Under the pieces are notes generated by a model. That model made no database searches and was not told where the DNA came from. It worked only from the letters and a program-made list of their open reading frames with translations. 64,000 nucleotides of DNA from Narcine bancroftii (lineage: Eukaryota): contig NC_091476.1 in the NCBI RefSeq assembly GCF_036971445.1, positions 141,918,001-141,982,000 on the forward strand, written 5' to 3'. Numbering within the stretch: the stretch's first letter is position 1; the number at the start of each line of letters is the position of its first letter. Below, one piece after another: positions 1-12,529 of this stretch. Both the position numbers and the translations under genes were made by a program.

Positions 1-60
1 CAGCAGGTCGGACAGCATCTATGGGTGGAAATGGCCAGTCAATGCTTTGGGTTGGGACCC
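1..60 (-). mobile_element. Penelope-like element pLTR fragment
   Basis: CAGCAGGTC..CAGCATCTATGG..GTCAATGCTTTGGGTTGGGACCC resembles the reverse-oriented pLTR pieces elsewhere in the window (e.g. 46030-46105). Confidence 0.6.
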
Positions 61-359
61 ACACCCTCTGGATTATCCACCAATATCTCTTGACTTCTCA
101 GACAACAGAATAGTGTGCTTTATGTGAAACAAAATGGATTAGAGGCCAGAGCGATGGGGGTCCTTTATGATGTCGACTGCCTTCTTGCAGCTGCTCACAC
201 AGTTGTCTGCAATGGACTGTGTGACATGTGGAACCAGATGTGAACATCCAAGTGTACATCCCCTTGATTCTTCTGCTGGTGGATCTTCCAACCTCTAATC
301 CCCTCCTTAAATCTCTCTGATTCCCACATAGAGAAAACATTCTCTTTTTCACAAAATAT

Positions 360-635
360 CGGATATAGAGGCAGAAGTAGATCCATTGGTCCATCGAGTC
401 TGCTCTGCTACTTAGCCCCACACCCCAGCTTTCTCCCTGTAACCCTTGATGCCCTGACTAATCAAATACCTGTCAATCTCTGCCTTAAATATATCCAACG
501 ATCTCATTACCATAGACTCTCAACCCCCTGAGAAAAGATTATTTTTCTCATCTCGGTTTTAAATTGATGCCCTTTTTTCCTGAAGTTGTGCCCTCTTGTC
601 TTTGACTCCCCTACCATGGGAAACATCCTTTTTCA
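360..635 (-). mobile_element. CR1/HER1-like LINE 3' fragment
   Basis: Reverse complement is similar to the plus-strand CR1 3' regions at 42010-42350 and 53560-53818. Confidence 0.75.
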
Positions 636-639
636 TCCA

Positions 640-872
640 CTGAAAATGCTGAACCACCAAAGGAATTGCTCACACTAACCATTCAAAACTCTCATATTTA
701 GGAGACAATATTTATTTATTTGTTTGTATAGATTAAATACTTGTCCTGCTGTTTGTTTGTATATGTGTTATTTCAAGGGTGTGTGTCTGTGTGTTTTGCA
801 TTGAGTACCGGAGTAGGTTGTTTTGTCAGATTTGACTTGTGCAATCAGATGATGATAAACTTGAAAACCTGA
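640..872 (+). mobile_element. LINE 3' UTR/tail remnant (Rex1/Babar-like)
   Basis: AT/GT-rich 3' UTR ending GATAAACTTGAAAACCTGAC; related reverse tail at ~31690-31750. Confidence 0.45.
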
Positions 873-2070
873 CTTTTTAGCCCATGATGCTTGAATCTGA
901 ACTTTGCTCGCTTTATATCTTCGTATGACTAAGTGTCAGATTGTGCTGAGATTTGCTCCTGCGGAAACTCTGGAGGCATTTTGCTGCATTAACTGAACTC
1001 TACGCATCCAAGTTGTTGTTGTAGTACAGCACAACCCTTGGGCCGCTGAACAGTTCAGCTTCATTCTCCTTGGCACTATCTCATTTTTCTTTGCTCTTGC
1101 CCTACTTGCTGGCTGGCTTTCTGCAGACAGATTTCCCAGTTGTCACACATTGGTATCAAGTGAAGCACTTGATTGAAAAGTGTTCTTGCCATCTGTTGGA
1201 TGGTTCAGTTAGAATCAGAAAGTGTTTATGAAGAAATGGATTCAGGTTGCAAACAAGTTCATTTCCTTCTACAAGTCACTCTGCCCTGTGAAGTCACTTT
1301 GCATTCTTCAGATGAGTTTGCTAGGTTCCAATGTATTTCATTATGTGGAACCCCCCTGCCCTATAAAAGTATTTGGGGGTCTGTTGTTGTCTATCAAATG
1401 TGCTGAGAACACAGAGCGGTTTGTAAAGACATTGATATTGGGTGTTATTGAATATGGATGAAACATCATAGTGAGATACAGAGTTTTGTAATTATGTGGC
1501 ACAACACAGTGACTAAATGTTGATTAAATTTCAAAGCAGTAAACACTCATCATAAAACTAATGATTTCTTCTTGAGTTAGTGTTCTATGGTTGGTCTTTT
1601 GGTGAGTGTGATTGCATTGAACACCTTCACCTACCCTCGTCTTTTTCATGTTACCCTTTCCTTCATTTAGTGTATTACAGGGTTCCCAGTATCATGAGCT
1701 TGTGTTGGGGGAACCCCAAATGGATGGATTGGAACTTTTGCAATCATTTAGTACCTGGTCAAGAAAGCAAAGTGGTGAGTGTTTCAGTGTGCTGTCACTT
1801 TTCATATCCACTGAAAAAACAATAATGTTCTGCATAGCCCTCCAGCCAGAATTGTTCTGACCACCAAGTGACATTAACCTGGGATTCGGAATATCTCCAT
1901 TCTTGTATCTGAAACATGGAACTTGTGCTCGTTGTCAGAGTCTGGTTTTCTGTTGCAGTTTCAGGGAATGTCCTCTTTATTTAAATGGTCAGATAGTTTC
2001 GGATCAAAGCTGTGTTGAGTTCTGGGTCCACTGAATGGGAGAATGTGAAGCCATCCTAAATATTGAAATA

Positions 2071-2506
2071 CAGTAATAACCCTGGTATCTGGTAATTATG
2101 GCAGTTGATAGATGCCGGATAAGTGTATTTGCCAGTTGTTTGAGATTGTGTGTAGTGCGATTGGTGAACTAACTGGTGGGATGGTGCAATTTTAAACTTT
2201 TCAAAGCCAGAAACGTTGGTTATGTACCATTATCTTTGCTCTATAAAGTACACGGCCCCTGCCCACATTTTGTTCATACCTGGATGAAGGGCTCAAGCCA
2301 GAACGTTGGTCATGCACTTTTATCTTTGCTCTATAAAGTATACTGTTTGGCCTGCTGAGTTTCTCCAGTATTGTGTTTTTACTTTAACCATGGAGTCTAT
2401 GGACTTCCGTGTTTTCCTTCCTTAAACTTTTGTATTTTTTACCTATTTATTTTCCACAATTTTTTTTTGCTGCTTGCTTGTATTCTGGATAATGGAGATT
2501 TTACTA
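2071..2506. mobile_element. Tigger/pogo-like MITE, interrupted by a Penelope insertion
   Basis: TA|CAGTAATAACCCTGGTATCTGG at left and CTGGATAATGGAGATTTTACTA|TA at right: degenerate CAGTA-type TIRs with TA flanks. Confidence 0.65.
2202..2421 (+). mobile_element. Penelope-like partial-tandem pLTR with hammerhead-like motif
   Basis: Direct repeat AAGCCAGAA(A)CGTTGGT..TTATCTTTGCTCTATAAAGTA at ~2204-2252 and ~2296-2343; flanked by 10-bp TSD TTAAACTTTT (2192-2201, 2422-2431). Confidence 0.8.
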
Positions 2507-2779
2507 TAGTCCTTTCTGGAGCTGATGAAGGAGAGGGGTCTTGACCATTGCAATGGTATTACTGTGAAAATGAATTCAGTGATCAGTTTGCTTCAGAGAT
2601 TAAGGGACAGCATGTCTACAAGTGGTTAGATCTCAGCTTATGTTTCTGTCTTCTTCAAGCACAAATTCCTTCCTTTGCTGAGAGGTAATGTTGCTTCTAA
2701 AACTGTGTTTGGGATTGGTTTAGAGCGCCACTCAAACTGAGACCACAAAGTGTGATTCCGGAGACGAAGTGAGCACACT

Positions 2780-3233
2780 CATCACAGGAAAACCCCTCCC
2801 CACCATCGAGAACATCTACAGGGAGCGCTGTCCTCGGAAAGCAGCAGCAATCATCAAGGATCCACACCACCCAGCGCACTCTGTTCTCGCTGCTGTCATC
2901 AGAAAAAAGGTATAGGTGCCACAAGACTCGCACTACCAGGTTCAGGAACAGTCGCTACCCTTCCACCTTCAGACTCAATCAGAGACTTATTTAAAGACAC
3001 TTACTTTGCACATTATTTATTACTGAACATTTTTTTTCTGTATTGCACAGTTGGTTTGTTTACAATTTCTAACTTTGTTTACATTTCGCTCTTTTATATT
3101 TGTACTATATCTTTTTTTTCTTGAGTGTAGTTTACACTATTGACAAGTAGAAATTCTGTCTTGCCTGCAGGAAAAAGAATCTCAGGGTTGTATGTGATGT
3201 CATGTATGTACTCTGACAATAAATGTGAACTTT
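2780..3233 (+). mobile_element. Rex1/Babar-like LINE 3' fragment
   Basis: Encodes LPTIENIYRERCPRKAAAIIKDPHHPA, then a 3' UTR ending GACAATAAATGTGAAC; same family as 33885-34290 and 58162-58350. Confidence 0.75.
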
Positions 3234-3684
3234 GTACACTCTCCTTGTAAACTATGAATTAAATTGTATTGAGAACTTCTTCAAACAGATTTCATAATAT
3301 CACTATCCTCCACCAGCAACATCTTAGAAAAATATTGACTGGATTAAAATTTTCAATGCAATGCTTTATTAATGCCCAGAACATTCAATGAATAGAACAC
3401 ACTTTCACTTTCTGTCACTACTTACATACAAAATACCCAGCTGGGACGACTGCTATTCATCTCCTTACTGTCAGCTTTTAACTTACTAACTGAAGGACAC
3501 CTCATGGCCAGAAACTTCTGAAGAGTAAACAAACTGACTGTGTCACTTTGTTGTTCTTGTTCCTTGGAATTGTAAGGCTACTGATAATTATTCATTCTCC
3601 ATCATACTAAAGGATCACGATCTCACGAAACACAGAATCCAGAATTCTCTGCGAGCTTGCACGAAGAGCAGGCTGCTAGCAGAC

Positions 3685-3900
3685 TCAGAACTTATTGTCA
3701 TGAACATGTCACAAAGTTCATTGTCACAGTGTCACAGGGGCAAATATTGCTATAAATTACATTTTAAAAATAAATAAATTAGTGCAATAATAAGGGAAAA
3801 TGAGGTAGCATATGTAGTTCATTGTCCATTCAGAAATCTGATGGCAGAGGTGAAAAAGCTGCTCTTGTGCTGCTAGTTCCTGTACCTCCTTCCTGAAGGC
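3685..3900 (-). mobile_element. Rex1/Babar-like LINE 3' tail
   Basis: TCAGAACTTATTGTCATGAAC...CCATTCAGAAATCTGATGGCAGAGG, shared with 15640, 40008, 44930 and 63413. Confidence 0.7.
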
Positions 3901-5177
3901 ACCTGAACAAAGCAAGTATCAAGTGTAGTTGGCATTTTTCCAACTCAAATTTTAGGATAAAGAATCTATACAAGTAATAATATAATCCTGAGTAAAATTA
4001 AGTGGACATCATTTTCTTCATATTCCTTGTCTTGAAGAATATAAAGACATTTGGTATTATGCAATAAAATACCACGCTGCCCTCAGTAAAATTGGTTGCC
4101 ATCATAAGTATCCAGCGGGATATCTCTTGACTTGTCGATTTGGAATTAACCTCTTCATTATTGCCAGGTTTATTCCAACAACCTGAGTTTTAAAATCTAA
4201 AAAGTCAGTGAAATCTTCCGTGCAATTTCTGTTTTACCTTTCAAAACTCAACACATTATTACCCCCATACAACTGGAGCACAATAACTTTGGAATCTAAA
4301 ATAGTTATGGGGGGGGGGGGGAGAGGTAGGGGGAGGATGTTAAAGGAAGTAAGATACTTAATTTTAAGTTGCAAGCAACTTCATTCATGAAGTCCACCAT
4401 GGGTGAAAAATCAAAGAATAAAAATACTCGGCAGAGTTCACCAATACAACCCAGCTTTTCCCAGGTTTATGAACTCTGCATTTGTTACAAACAAATGTGG
4501 TTGGCAAATAGATTGAAGAACTACTCCCAAGGCATTGAAGTAGGTGTATTAGCCCACCAAGCTAGTTTTTAAGAAATTAGCTTAAATTTATCAGACCAGC
4601 AGTAATAATGACACATTCTGTCCAGGTCATTAGTTGTTTCTCACACACATTCTGCAGTGTATTCTTCAGACTCTCTGTCCCTTTGTTTACATATTTCATG
4701 GCCATCTCTAGTGCAAGCAAGTCACAGGTCGTACAGCACAGAAACAGGGCCTTTGACACACAACATCCATGGTGACCCTGTTGTTCATCAACACTTCTTT
4801 TATTTGCCCATGTTAAAACTAGCATGTCCAAATCCTTCGTCTTTGAAGTGATTGTATCTGATTCCACCACCACTGCCGGCAGTGAGTTCACAATATCAAC
4901 CACTCTGGGGGGTTAAAAAAAGAACCTTTCCTCACACATTCCCTTAAAACTCTTCCTCTCTCTTTTAAACCTTTGCAAACTTGTTTCTGATACCCTTACC
5001 ATGGGAAAAAGAATTCTGTCGACCTTGACAGTGTCTCAATCCTGCCACCCCTCTGCCTCCTTCCCTCCTGAGAAAACAAATGCCTATCTGATCTCTCCAC
5101 ATCCCAGAGTCCTCTGATTTAGGGAACATCCTGGTGAATCTCCTCCACACCCTCTCCAGTGCAACCATATTTTATAG

Positions 5178-5379
5178 CAGCCATTCTTGTCATATAGTCC
5201 ATCTGGGGGCCACGGACTGAAATCATAATGATTTTCATAATTTTTTTATGTAGTCGGTAGGAGAGAAGTCTGGAAGAATCCAACTAAACTTAACTGACTG
5301 TGCACAGGGAAGGGGGTCCATAAACTTCAAGCAGAGTCCTAACAGGCCCATTGACAAAAAAAAAAGTTGAGAATGGCTG
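5178..5379. mobile_element. hAT (Charlie-like) MITE
   Basis: Terminal inverted repeat CAGCCATTCT...AGAATGGCTG; flanking 8-mers TTTTATAG / CTCTATAA fit a decayed 8-bp TSD with central TA. Confidence 0.65.
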
Positions 5380-5525
5380 CTCTATAATATGGTGACCAGA
5401 ACTGCACTCGTTATTCCAAGTGCAGTCTAACCAGTGTTTTGAAAGTTGCAACAGAGCATCCCAACTTTTATATATTGTGGCTCGACCTATGAGGCAATCA
5501 CATTATATACTTGTTCACCACGCTG

Positions 5526-7722
5526 CTTTTGTTTTGAAAATTTTATTTATTAATCATTATAAATCATACAGTAAAGATACAAACAAATAAAACATGATAC
5601 ATACATGATATTTTACCCCTTACAACTCCCCACCCCCTAACCTAACCCACCCACCCATCCCAACCCCCCTCTAAACCACCCCAAAAAAAAAGAAAGGAAG
5701 GAAAAGGAGGAAAGAAAGAGGAGGAGATCAGATAACATGACACTCTTCAATTAATACCATGGTTCGGAGTAACACCATCAATGCGTGGGAAAAAGATTAG
5801 TAATTCAACCCCATATATTCCAAATGCGGGCTTCAGGTTTTAACAAAAAAGGAATAATTATTACGTAAATTATGTGTTATCTTTTACAACGGAATACAAG
5901 ATCTCACTTCCAAATGTCATCGCTGAATACTGAAATTCGTCTAATTTTTCCAAGTAATTGCCAAACATTTTTGAACCACAGCTAGAACCAATCTCAAAAA
6001 AGCAATTTGAAATTTATTTAATTTTAACTCCAAGCTCAATTTCTTACTATAACCCAATAAAAATATCAAAGGTTCAAGTGAAATTTTCAATTTAAAAATA
6101 ACTTCTAAAAGTTCCTTAAGTCTACTCCAAAAAGGTTTCACCATCTCACGTAACCAAATAGAATGTAAAAAACAACCAACTTCCTTATGACATCTGAAAC
6201 ATAAATAAGAAAAAATAAACTTATATTTCCTTAATTTCTCCAGAGTTAGGTATAACTGATGAAGAAAGTTATAATGAACCAAACTATACCTTACATTTAC
6301 AATTTTAGTCATACTGTCCTCACATAGATTCATCCAATCATCCTGAGAAATAGATATGGACAAATCTTTTTCCCATTTTAATTTAGATTTATAAACATCA
6401 GGCTTAAGCATTTTATTCTGCAATAAAGCATACATCTCAGATATATATCCTTTCTTACCACCATCAGTAAGCAAAATTTCAAATTTAGACCTCCTGGGTA
6501 GCCATAACGTACACCCAAAATTATCAAACAATAATGCTTTAACTTGATAGTTAAAAAAAGAGTATTCGGATATTTCATATTTCTCTTTCATTCTATGAAA
6601 CAAAATAAAATATTCTGTTTCATAACAATCTTCTACGAGTCTCCTTTCTGTTCCCACAACTTCAGAAGTTGATTATTAAGTGTAAAAGGAAAAAGCTTAT
6701 TTTGAAACAAAGCCAAAATTTCATTTTTGAAATTCCATAATTCCACTAAATGTTTCAACACTGGCAAATTATAATTATTTAATAATGGAGAATTCCATCT
6801 ATAAATAAACCGATCCATCCTCTTCTCGCCAGTCTGAGATAATTCAATATTAGCCCATATCAAAGGTTTATCCATTTTAAATACCTTGTTAATAAATTTC
6901 AACTGTGCTGATTCATCATAATTCTGAAAAGTAGGAAGTTGCAAACCTCCTAATGCAAACTTCCAAGTTAATTTATGTAATGACACCCTTCCCATTTTAC
7001 CTTTCCACAAAACCTTCTCACCAAAGCATTCAAAGCTTTAAAAAAATGTTTGAGGAACCTTCCAAGGAATAGATTGAAAAAGATATTGAATTCAAGGAAA
7101 GATATTCATTTTAATACAATTAACATGTCCTGTTAATGTTATAGGTAAATATTTCCACCAATTCAAATCATATTTAATTTTAGACAATGAAGGTAGATAA
7201 TTCAATTCATATAAATGATTATAATTACTATCTATCATAATAGCTAAATACTTAATCTGATCCGACCACTTAAATGTAACAATATGTCTACAAAGCGTAT
7301 AATCCATTTCAGCTATAGGCATAATTTCACTCTTTTCCCAGTTAATTTTATAACCCTATACTTCACCAAACTGCTCCAATCTATCATGCAGACTCCCCAA
7401 AGATATCGAAATATTATCAGCAAACAAATTTGATTTATATTCATCATCTTTCACCTTAATACCTTTAATATTACCATCTTGTCTAATCATCTGAACCAAC
7501 GGTTCAATAATCAATGCAAATAGAGCTGGTGAAAAAGGAAAGCCTTGCCTGGTCGATCTAGATAATATAAAAGGTGAAGATACCTGTCCATTTGTCACAA
7601 CTCTTGCAGTAGGATTGCTATATAAAGCCTTAATCCAACCAATTAAAAAGGCTCAAAATTAAATTTCTTCAAAACTTTAAACAAAAACTCCATTCCACTC
7701 TATCAAAGGCCTTCTCTGCATC
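5526..7722 (-). mobile_element. 5'-truncated L1-clade LINE (ORF2 RT and C-terminus, frameshifted)
   Basis: DAEKAFDRVEW at the 5' break; RQGFPFSPALF and LFADN RT motifs (ORF 7356-7598); CFRC..HSIW zinc-knuckle (ORF 5941-6657); AATAAA/A-rich tail near 5530-5550; degenerate TSD GTTCACCACGCTG (5513-5525) / GTTCGCCACCTTG (7723-7735). Confidence 0.92.
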
Positions 7723-8393
7723 GTTCGCCACCTTGTTGACATGACGCCACTTTCAGGGATCTATGGATTTGAATCCCATGGTTCCTCTGTTCATCAACAT
7801 TCCTGAGCTTCTATTATTTAATTTGCATGTCTTACCCCTGTTGGACTTCCAAAATGGCAATCCATTGTAATTGCTGGAATTAAATTCCCTCTGTCAATCT
7901 CTACCCAACTTTCCATCTAATTGTATCCTGCTGTTGACGTAGCCAACTCTCATTATCCACAACACCATCAATTTTCACATCATCCATGTACTACTTACCT
8001 AATCACACCACCTATAGATGTTCAGTTTATTTCATAAACAGTTGAGGTCTCAGCACCTTTCCTTTTGGAACATCACGAGTCACAAATGTACCAGTTTTTT
8101 TTCTCATCTGATTGTACTTGAGCAATCAGAATATAATAGACTTGACTTGCCTCCAACACCTCCTATCACTAAGCAAATTTGGATCGAATTTCACCAGCTC
8201 ACCAGGAATCCCATATGCCTCAAACATCTGGCCCAGCCTACCATGATAAATGCTTTTCCAAAGTCTGAAGACATTACCACCCTGCGTTCAATCATCTCTT
8301 CTCTTATTTCCTGTAAAAATTCAATCAAATTAGTGAAACAGAATTTCCCTGTTGATGATTCCTGATTAGCTACTGTCTTTCGAAATCTACAGA

Positions 8394-9004
8394 CAGTCCC
8401 TCCATCACGTTTGGGACAAAGATACTATTTTCCTTTATTTGCCCCTGTGATCCACAGTTTTAATTTTATAATGAAACAATTCACATGTAATTTAAGTGCA
8501 CATTCCAGATTTTACGCTAGATTATTTGTATAGAGTTTGGTTTAACCCTGTAGGAATTACAGTGCTTTTTATACATAATTCCCTCATTTCAGGGCATCAT
8601 AATGTTTGGGACATCCAGCTTCACAGATGTTTGTCAGTACTCAGGTATGTTTAATTGCTTCATTGAGGCAGGTGTAGGAGAGCTAGGCTTGCTTCTAAGC
8701 CTTTGATCACCATTGGAGCCTGTAGTTGCCATTTTTCAACATGAGGACCAGAGTTGTGACAATGGAAGTCAAAGAAGCCATTATGAGGCTGAAAAATGAA
8801 AATAAAACAGTAAGAAACATCACCCAAACCTTAGGATACCAAAGTCAGCAGTTTGGAACATCATTAAGAAGAGCGAGCGTACTGGTGACTCAGTAATTGC
8901 AGAAGGATTGGAATTGTTTGATTTCAAATGTAAAACTGTGGAGCACAGGTGCTAAAAAAGGGGGAAAAAAAGTGTTTTTGTCCCAAACATTATGAAGGGC
9001 ACTG
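8394..9004 (+). mobile_element. Internally deleted Tc1-like transposon (same family as 57160-58961)
   Basis: TIR CAGTCCCTCCATCACGTTTGGGACAAA / TTTGTCCCAAACATTATGAAGGGCACTG; retains transposase start ATGAGGACCAGAGTTGTG at 8741, then jumps to the right end near 8910. Confidence 0.88.
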
Positions 9005-9454
9005 TCCATCCGATCCCTGACAATTTTCCTTTCACAGACTTGAAGCTCACTGGCTTTCATTGCAATGCCTGAAGGTTATGGATTCATGTTCTAGGTCAGG
9101 AAACAATGTTTCTGGATTTTCAGCATGGAACTGACAGGATGCTGTACTAGGTGAGATGTTAGCCTGTGTATGAGACATTAAAATATGGTTAGGTTACAAC
9201 TAGAGTAAGGTGCCCAGTTCGGGATGAAGGATGCTGGAGAGGATTGCACAGGTGGGGATTTTCATCTTCAAGGTTAGATTGGGCAAGCTGTGGTTCTGTT
9301 GAAAGAAAGAAAACAGGGGGAGATTTGATGGAGGTGGACAAGATTATAGTAGGTTTTGTTTGTTCAAATAGAGAGTCTAGCATGGGGTTTAAGGAAACAC
9401 GGAATCATAGTGACAGACAAAAGTCATGTGGGTTGTGAGGAAGTTTGATTTAAC

Positions 9455-9715
9455 AGAGGGGTGGAAACTGAGGGGTGGAAACTGAAGGGTGGAAACTGAA
9501 GGGGAGAAACAGGGGTAGAAACAGTGGAGGGGAATCAGTGGAGGGGAATCAGTGGAGGGGAATCAGTGGAGGGGAAACAGTGGTAGGGAAATGGGTGGAA
9601 TCAGAGGGTTGGAAACAGAGGGGTAGAAACAGAGGTGGGAAAAGGTGTGGAAATAGAGAGGAAGAAACAGAGGGGTTGAAACAGAGGCGGGGAAACAGGT
9701 GGGTGGAATCAGAGG
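9455..9715 (+). repeat. Purine-rich minisatellite, ~14-15 bp unit (GGAGGGGAATCAGT / AGGGGTGGAAACTG)
   Basis: Three perfect GGAGGGGAATCAGT units and many degenerate units. Confidence 0.9.
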
Positions 9716-10044
9716 ATGATGAAGTTCCCTCTCTGCATGTCAAGTTCAGAGGAGTTGATCAAAGCTTTCAAACTAGAATTGGATTGGCACTTGAGGAAAA
9801 ATCATTTGCAGGACAATGAATGGAATTGTTTATTGCAACCTGTACCAAAGTAGTGGAAAACTTTATTCTGCAGTTAAGTCAACCTCTACAATAGTACAGC
9901 AAGAAGAGCATTCATTAAAAACAAAATAGAGTAGGATAAGATGTTAAATCAAAAGCACAGGGTTTTGAGTTCAACAGTTACATAAGGTATCATCCATTTA
10001 AGAGTGTGATAACAGCAGGAAAGAAACTGTCCTTGGAACTGGAG

Positions 10045-10615
10045 CTGAGTAAAACACGAGTGTCTGCAGACACCATGATTGAAATAAAAACACAATGCTA
10101 GGGAAACTCAGCAGGTCAAACTGTGTACTTTAAATCCAAGATAAATATACATAACCAATGTTTCGGGCCTGAGCCCTTCTTCAAGGAATGAGCCAGAAGC
10201 AGGAAATCTCAGAAAGTCTCAGAGTTCAGACATTGGTGGCTGGGTGATGAATTCAGACCAATAAAAGGTGGTAATTTGATATGATAGAGGATGAGATAAG
10301 AATTGATCATGTTTGTGCAAAAGGAATTGGAATGGAAAGACTCTGACTTCTTTCAGCTTATTCCTTGAAGGAGGACTCAGGCCCTGAAATGTTGGTAAAT
10401 AAATACTGAAAAGACCGGCATTTCAGTGTGCTTTTATGACAATCACAGTGTCTGCAGCATTTCGTGTTTCACTCAGAGCATAATGTAGACAGGCGCCCTG
10501 TGCCTAGACAGTTTCTGCCTACAATTTGTCCAAAAAGTTGGTTATGTATCTTTATCTTTGCTATATAAGGAACATTGTTTGACCTGTTGAATTTCCCCAG
10601 CATTATGTTTTTACA
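10045..10615. mobile_element. Composite Penelope-like insertion (inverted pLTR pair plus extra pLTR piece) inside a Rex-like LINE remnant
   Basis: GAGTAAAACACG..CTGCAGACAC (10047) is inverted to GTGTCTGCAG..CGTGTTTCACTC (~10473); hammerhead-like motifs at 10150-10190 (-) and 10359-10398 (+); flanking direct repeat TGGAACTGGAG (10034-10044, 10616-10626). Confidence 0.75.
10150..10190 (-). ncRNA. Minimal type-I hammerhead ribozyme-like motif (PLE pLTR)
   Basis: Minus strand reads CATTCC-TTGAAGA-A-GGGCTCAGGCCC-GAAA-CATT-GGTTATG: core YUGANGA, stem II, GAAA, minimal stem III and stem I. Confidence 0.55.
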
Positions 10616-12529
10616 TGGAACTGGAGGTGAGTGTTTCCTAACTTGTATCTGATGCCTAGCAGTGGTGGGGGAAGTGGGTGTGGAGAAGAGAGTGTGAGGG
10701 AGGTGGGATGGGTCTGTTAATGTGCTGGCTGGTTTCCCAGTGCAGCAGGAGGTATCAACAGGGTTGATGGAGGGAGTTTGGTTTGTGACATGTCTTGAGC
10801 CCTGTTCAGAACTCTCTGCGGTTTCTTCAGAGAAAAACCAAGAGAATGAATCCACATATCTGGCTCAGCACAGAGCAGCGTAGACTCATTGTGGCATTTG
10901 TGGAAACTTAGCCCTGTCCACTCTCCTGGAGAATGCAGGAGACAGTGGTGGATTAACTACTACCAGGGCCCAAGCTGAGCTTTAGGAAGGCTCCCTCTGA
11001 CCTTGCCCCACCCTTTGTTGAATAGAATAAAGTGAAATTGTTCCATTTATTAACATTATCATTACATATTACCCTTGGGTGTGATGCTTTCACATATTTT
11101 AAATTTATCCACTGGGTATGTGCTGGGATTACACCAGTTGGTGTTTGGTTGGAGGAGGGCAGGAAAGACTTCAATAAAATGTCTGCTACCCCCCCCCCAA
11201 ACAATTTGAAAAGTTTGTTATTTTCAAAAGGATAAATAAAATCATTTCTTCAAAATAAGTCTTGATACAAAATAATACAGGAGAAGGGAGATTCTTTTTT
11301 AAAAAAGTAAACCTCCTGTGAGCAACGCTGCATAAGCTGAGCTCTGCTACAGGAGGCAGACCTCAGACTTGGACCCGTGCACAAACGTGAGCATTGATTG
11401 ACAGGTTGCATTGGGATCGAGTCCCTACTGCTGATTGACTGTGAAAGTGGTACTTCCCCAACCCTTGATTGATGGGTGGGTCCAGGACTAACACAAGCCC
11501 ATATTGACAAGTGGTTACATTGGTGTACCAGTGGATGCACTCAAGTCTCTAGGGATTTGTAACCGAGAAAGTCCTCTTAGTCTGAAATAAGGTAAAGGAC
11601 GGCATATTTTACAAGATAAACATTTTCATCTCATTCAGCAGATAAATAACGTCTGTTATCAAGTGACCTGATTTAATTACATGATTGATCAGGTCCATGG
11701 ATTGTGTAGTGAAATCCTACACTAACATGTATCTAAGTGCAGTGCACCTGATAGATGATCTATGGAAATCGTTCTTCTGTACACTAAATGCATGTACACA
11801 CACACATGCAATATGGCTTTTTTTTTAAGCAGAGCACTGATACAATACTTTGGAAATTGTTATAGTACTTCCACACTCATTCATAAATTTCCCCACGGCG
11901 GCCCCGTCTCACACAACAATCTTCTCATCTGTATAGAAGGGCTGCTTTGAAATGGCATTATTGCTTTATTCAATCCGCAGGGGACAGACATGGGCCTCGA
12001 GGTTCCTAGTCCCAATTTCTCATAACATGCATTCATGCTGAAAACAAAATCTTGATGCATTTTGCAAGAGCACCTTGATCAGCAACACTGTACACTTATA
12101 TGGTCCACTTTAACATGCCGAGAGCCAATAAATTCTACTCCCACCTCCCACCCCCCCCCCCCTGGAATTATAGTGGATGAAAAGATAAATGAGAAATCAT
12201 AGGAAGTGGTTAGGAGCAAGGGGGAAACAGTAAGTAGACCAATCTTGCAGGAGTGTCCAGGTCTTCCTGTACAGTCTGTCTACAGTCTGAAATGCCGGAG
12301 GGAGGTGAAAATGTGGTGGATGGAGGAAGTCCATGGCAGGTATAGCTCCCACTCTCATCTCCCCCAAATGAGTTCTCAAACCACCCCTCCCACCCCCTGC
12401 TGTTACCCTAATGCCCCTCATTAGATTTCTTCTAATGCTGACGGACCCCCCCTAACTTCCAGGCCCCTAGGCCACCACTCAGCCACCACTGGCAGGAGAG
12501 TCCTTCTGGCCACCTAGCCAATAACAGGT

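Larger units (their letters stand above)
4820..8390 (-). mobile_element. CR1-like LINE split by nested insertions (pieces ~4820-5177, 5380-5525, 7723-8390)
   Basis: CR1 reverse-strand motifs (CCTGGTGAATCTCCTC..ACCCTCTCCA, GGTGACCAGAACTGCAC) continue across the hAT MITE and L1 insertions. Confidence 0.75.

Noticed and set aside
3300-3480. LHQQHLRKIL resembling an RTE LINE C-terminal motif
   Set aside because: Too short and decayed to support a call without a search.
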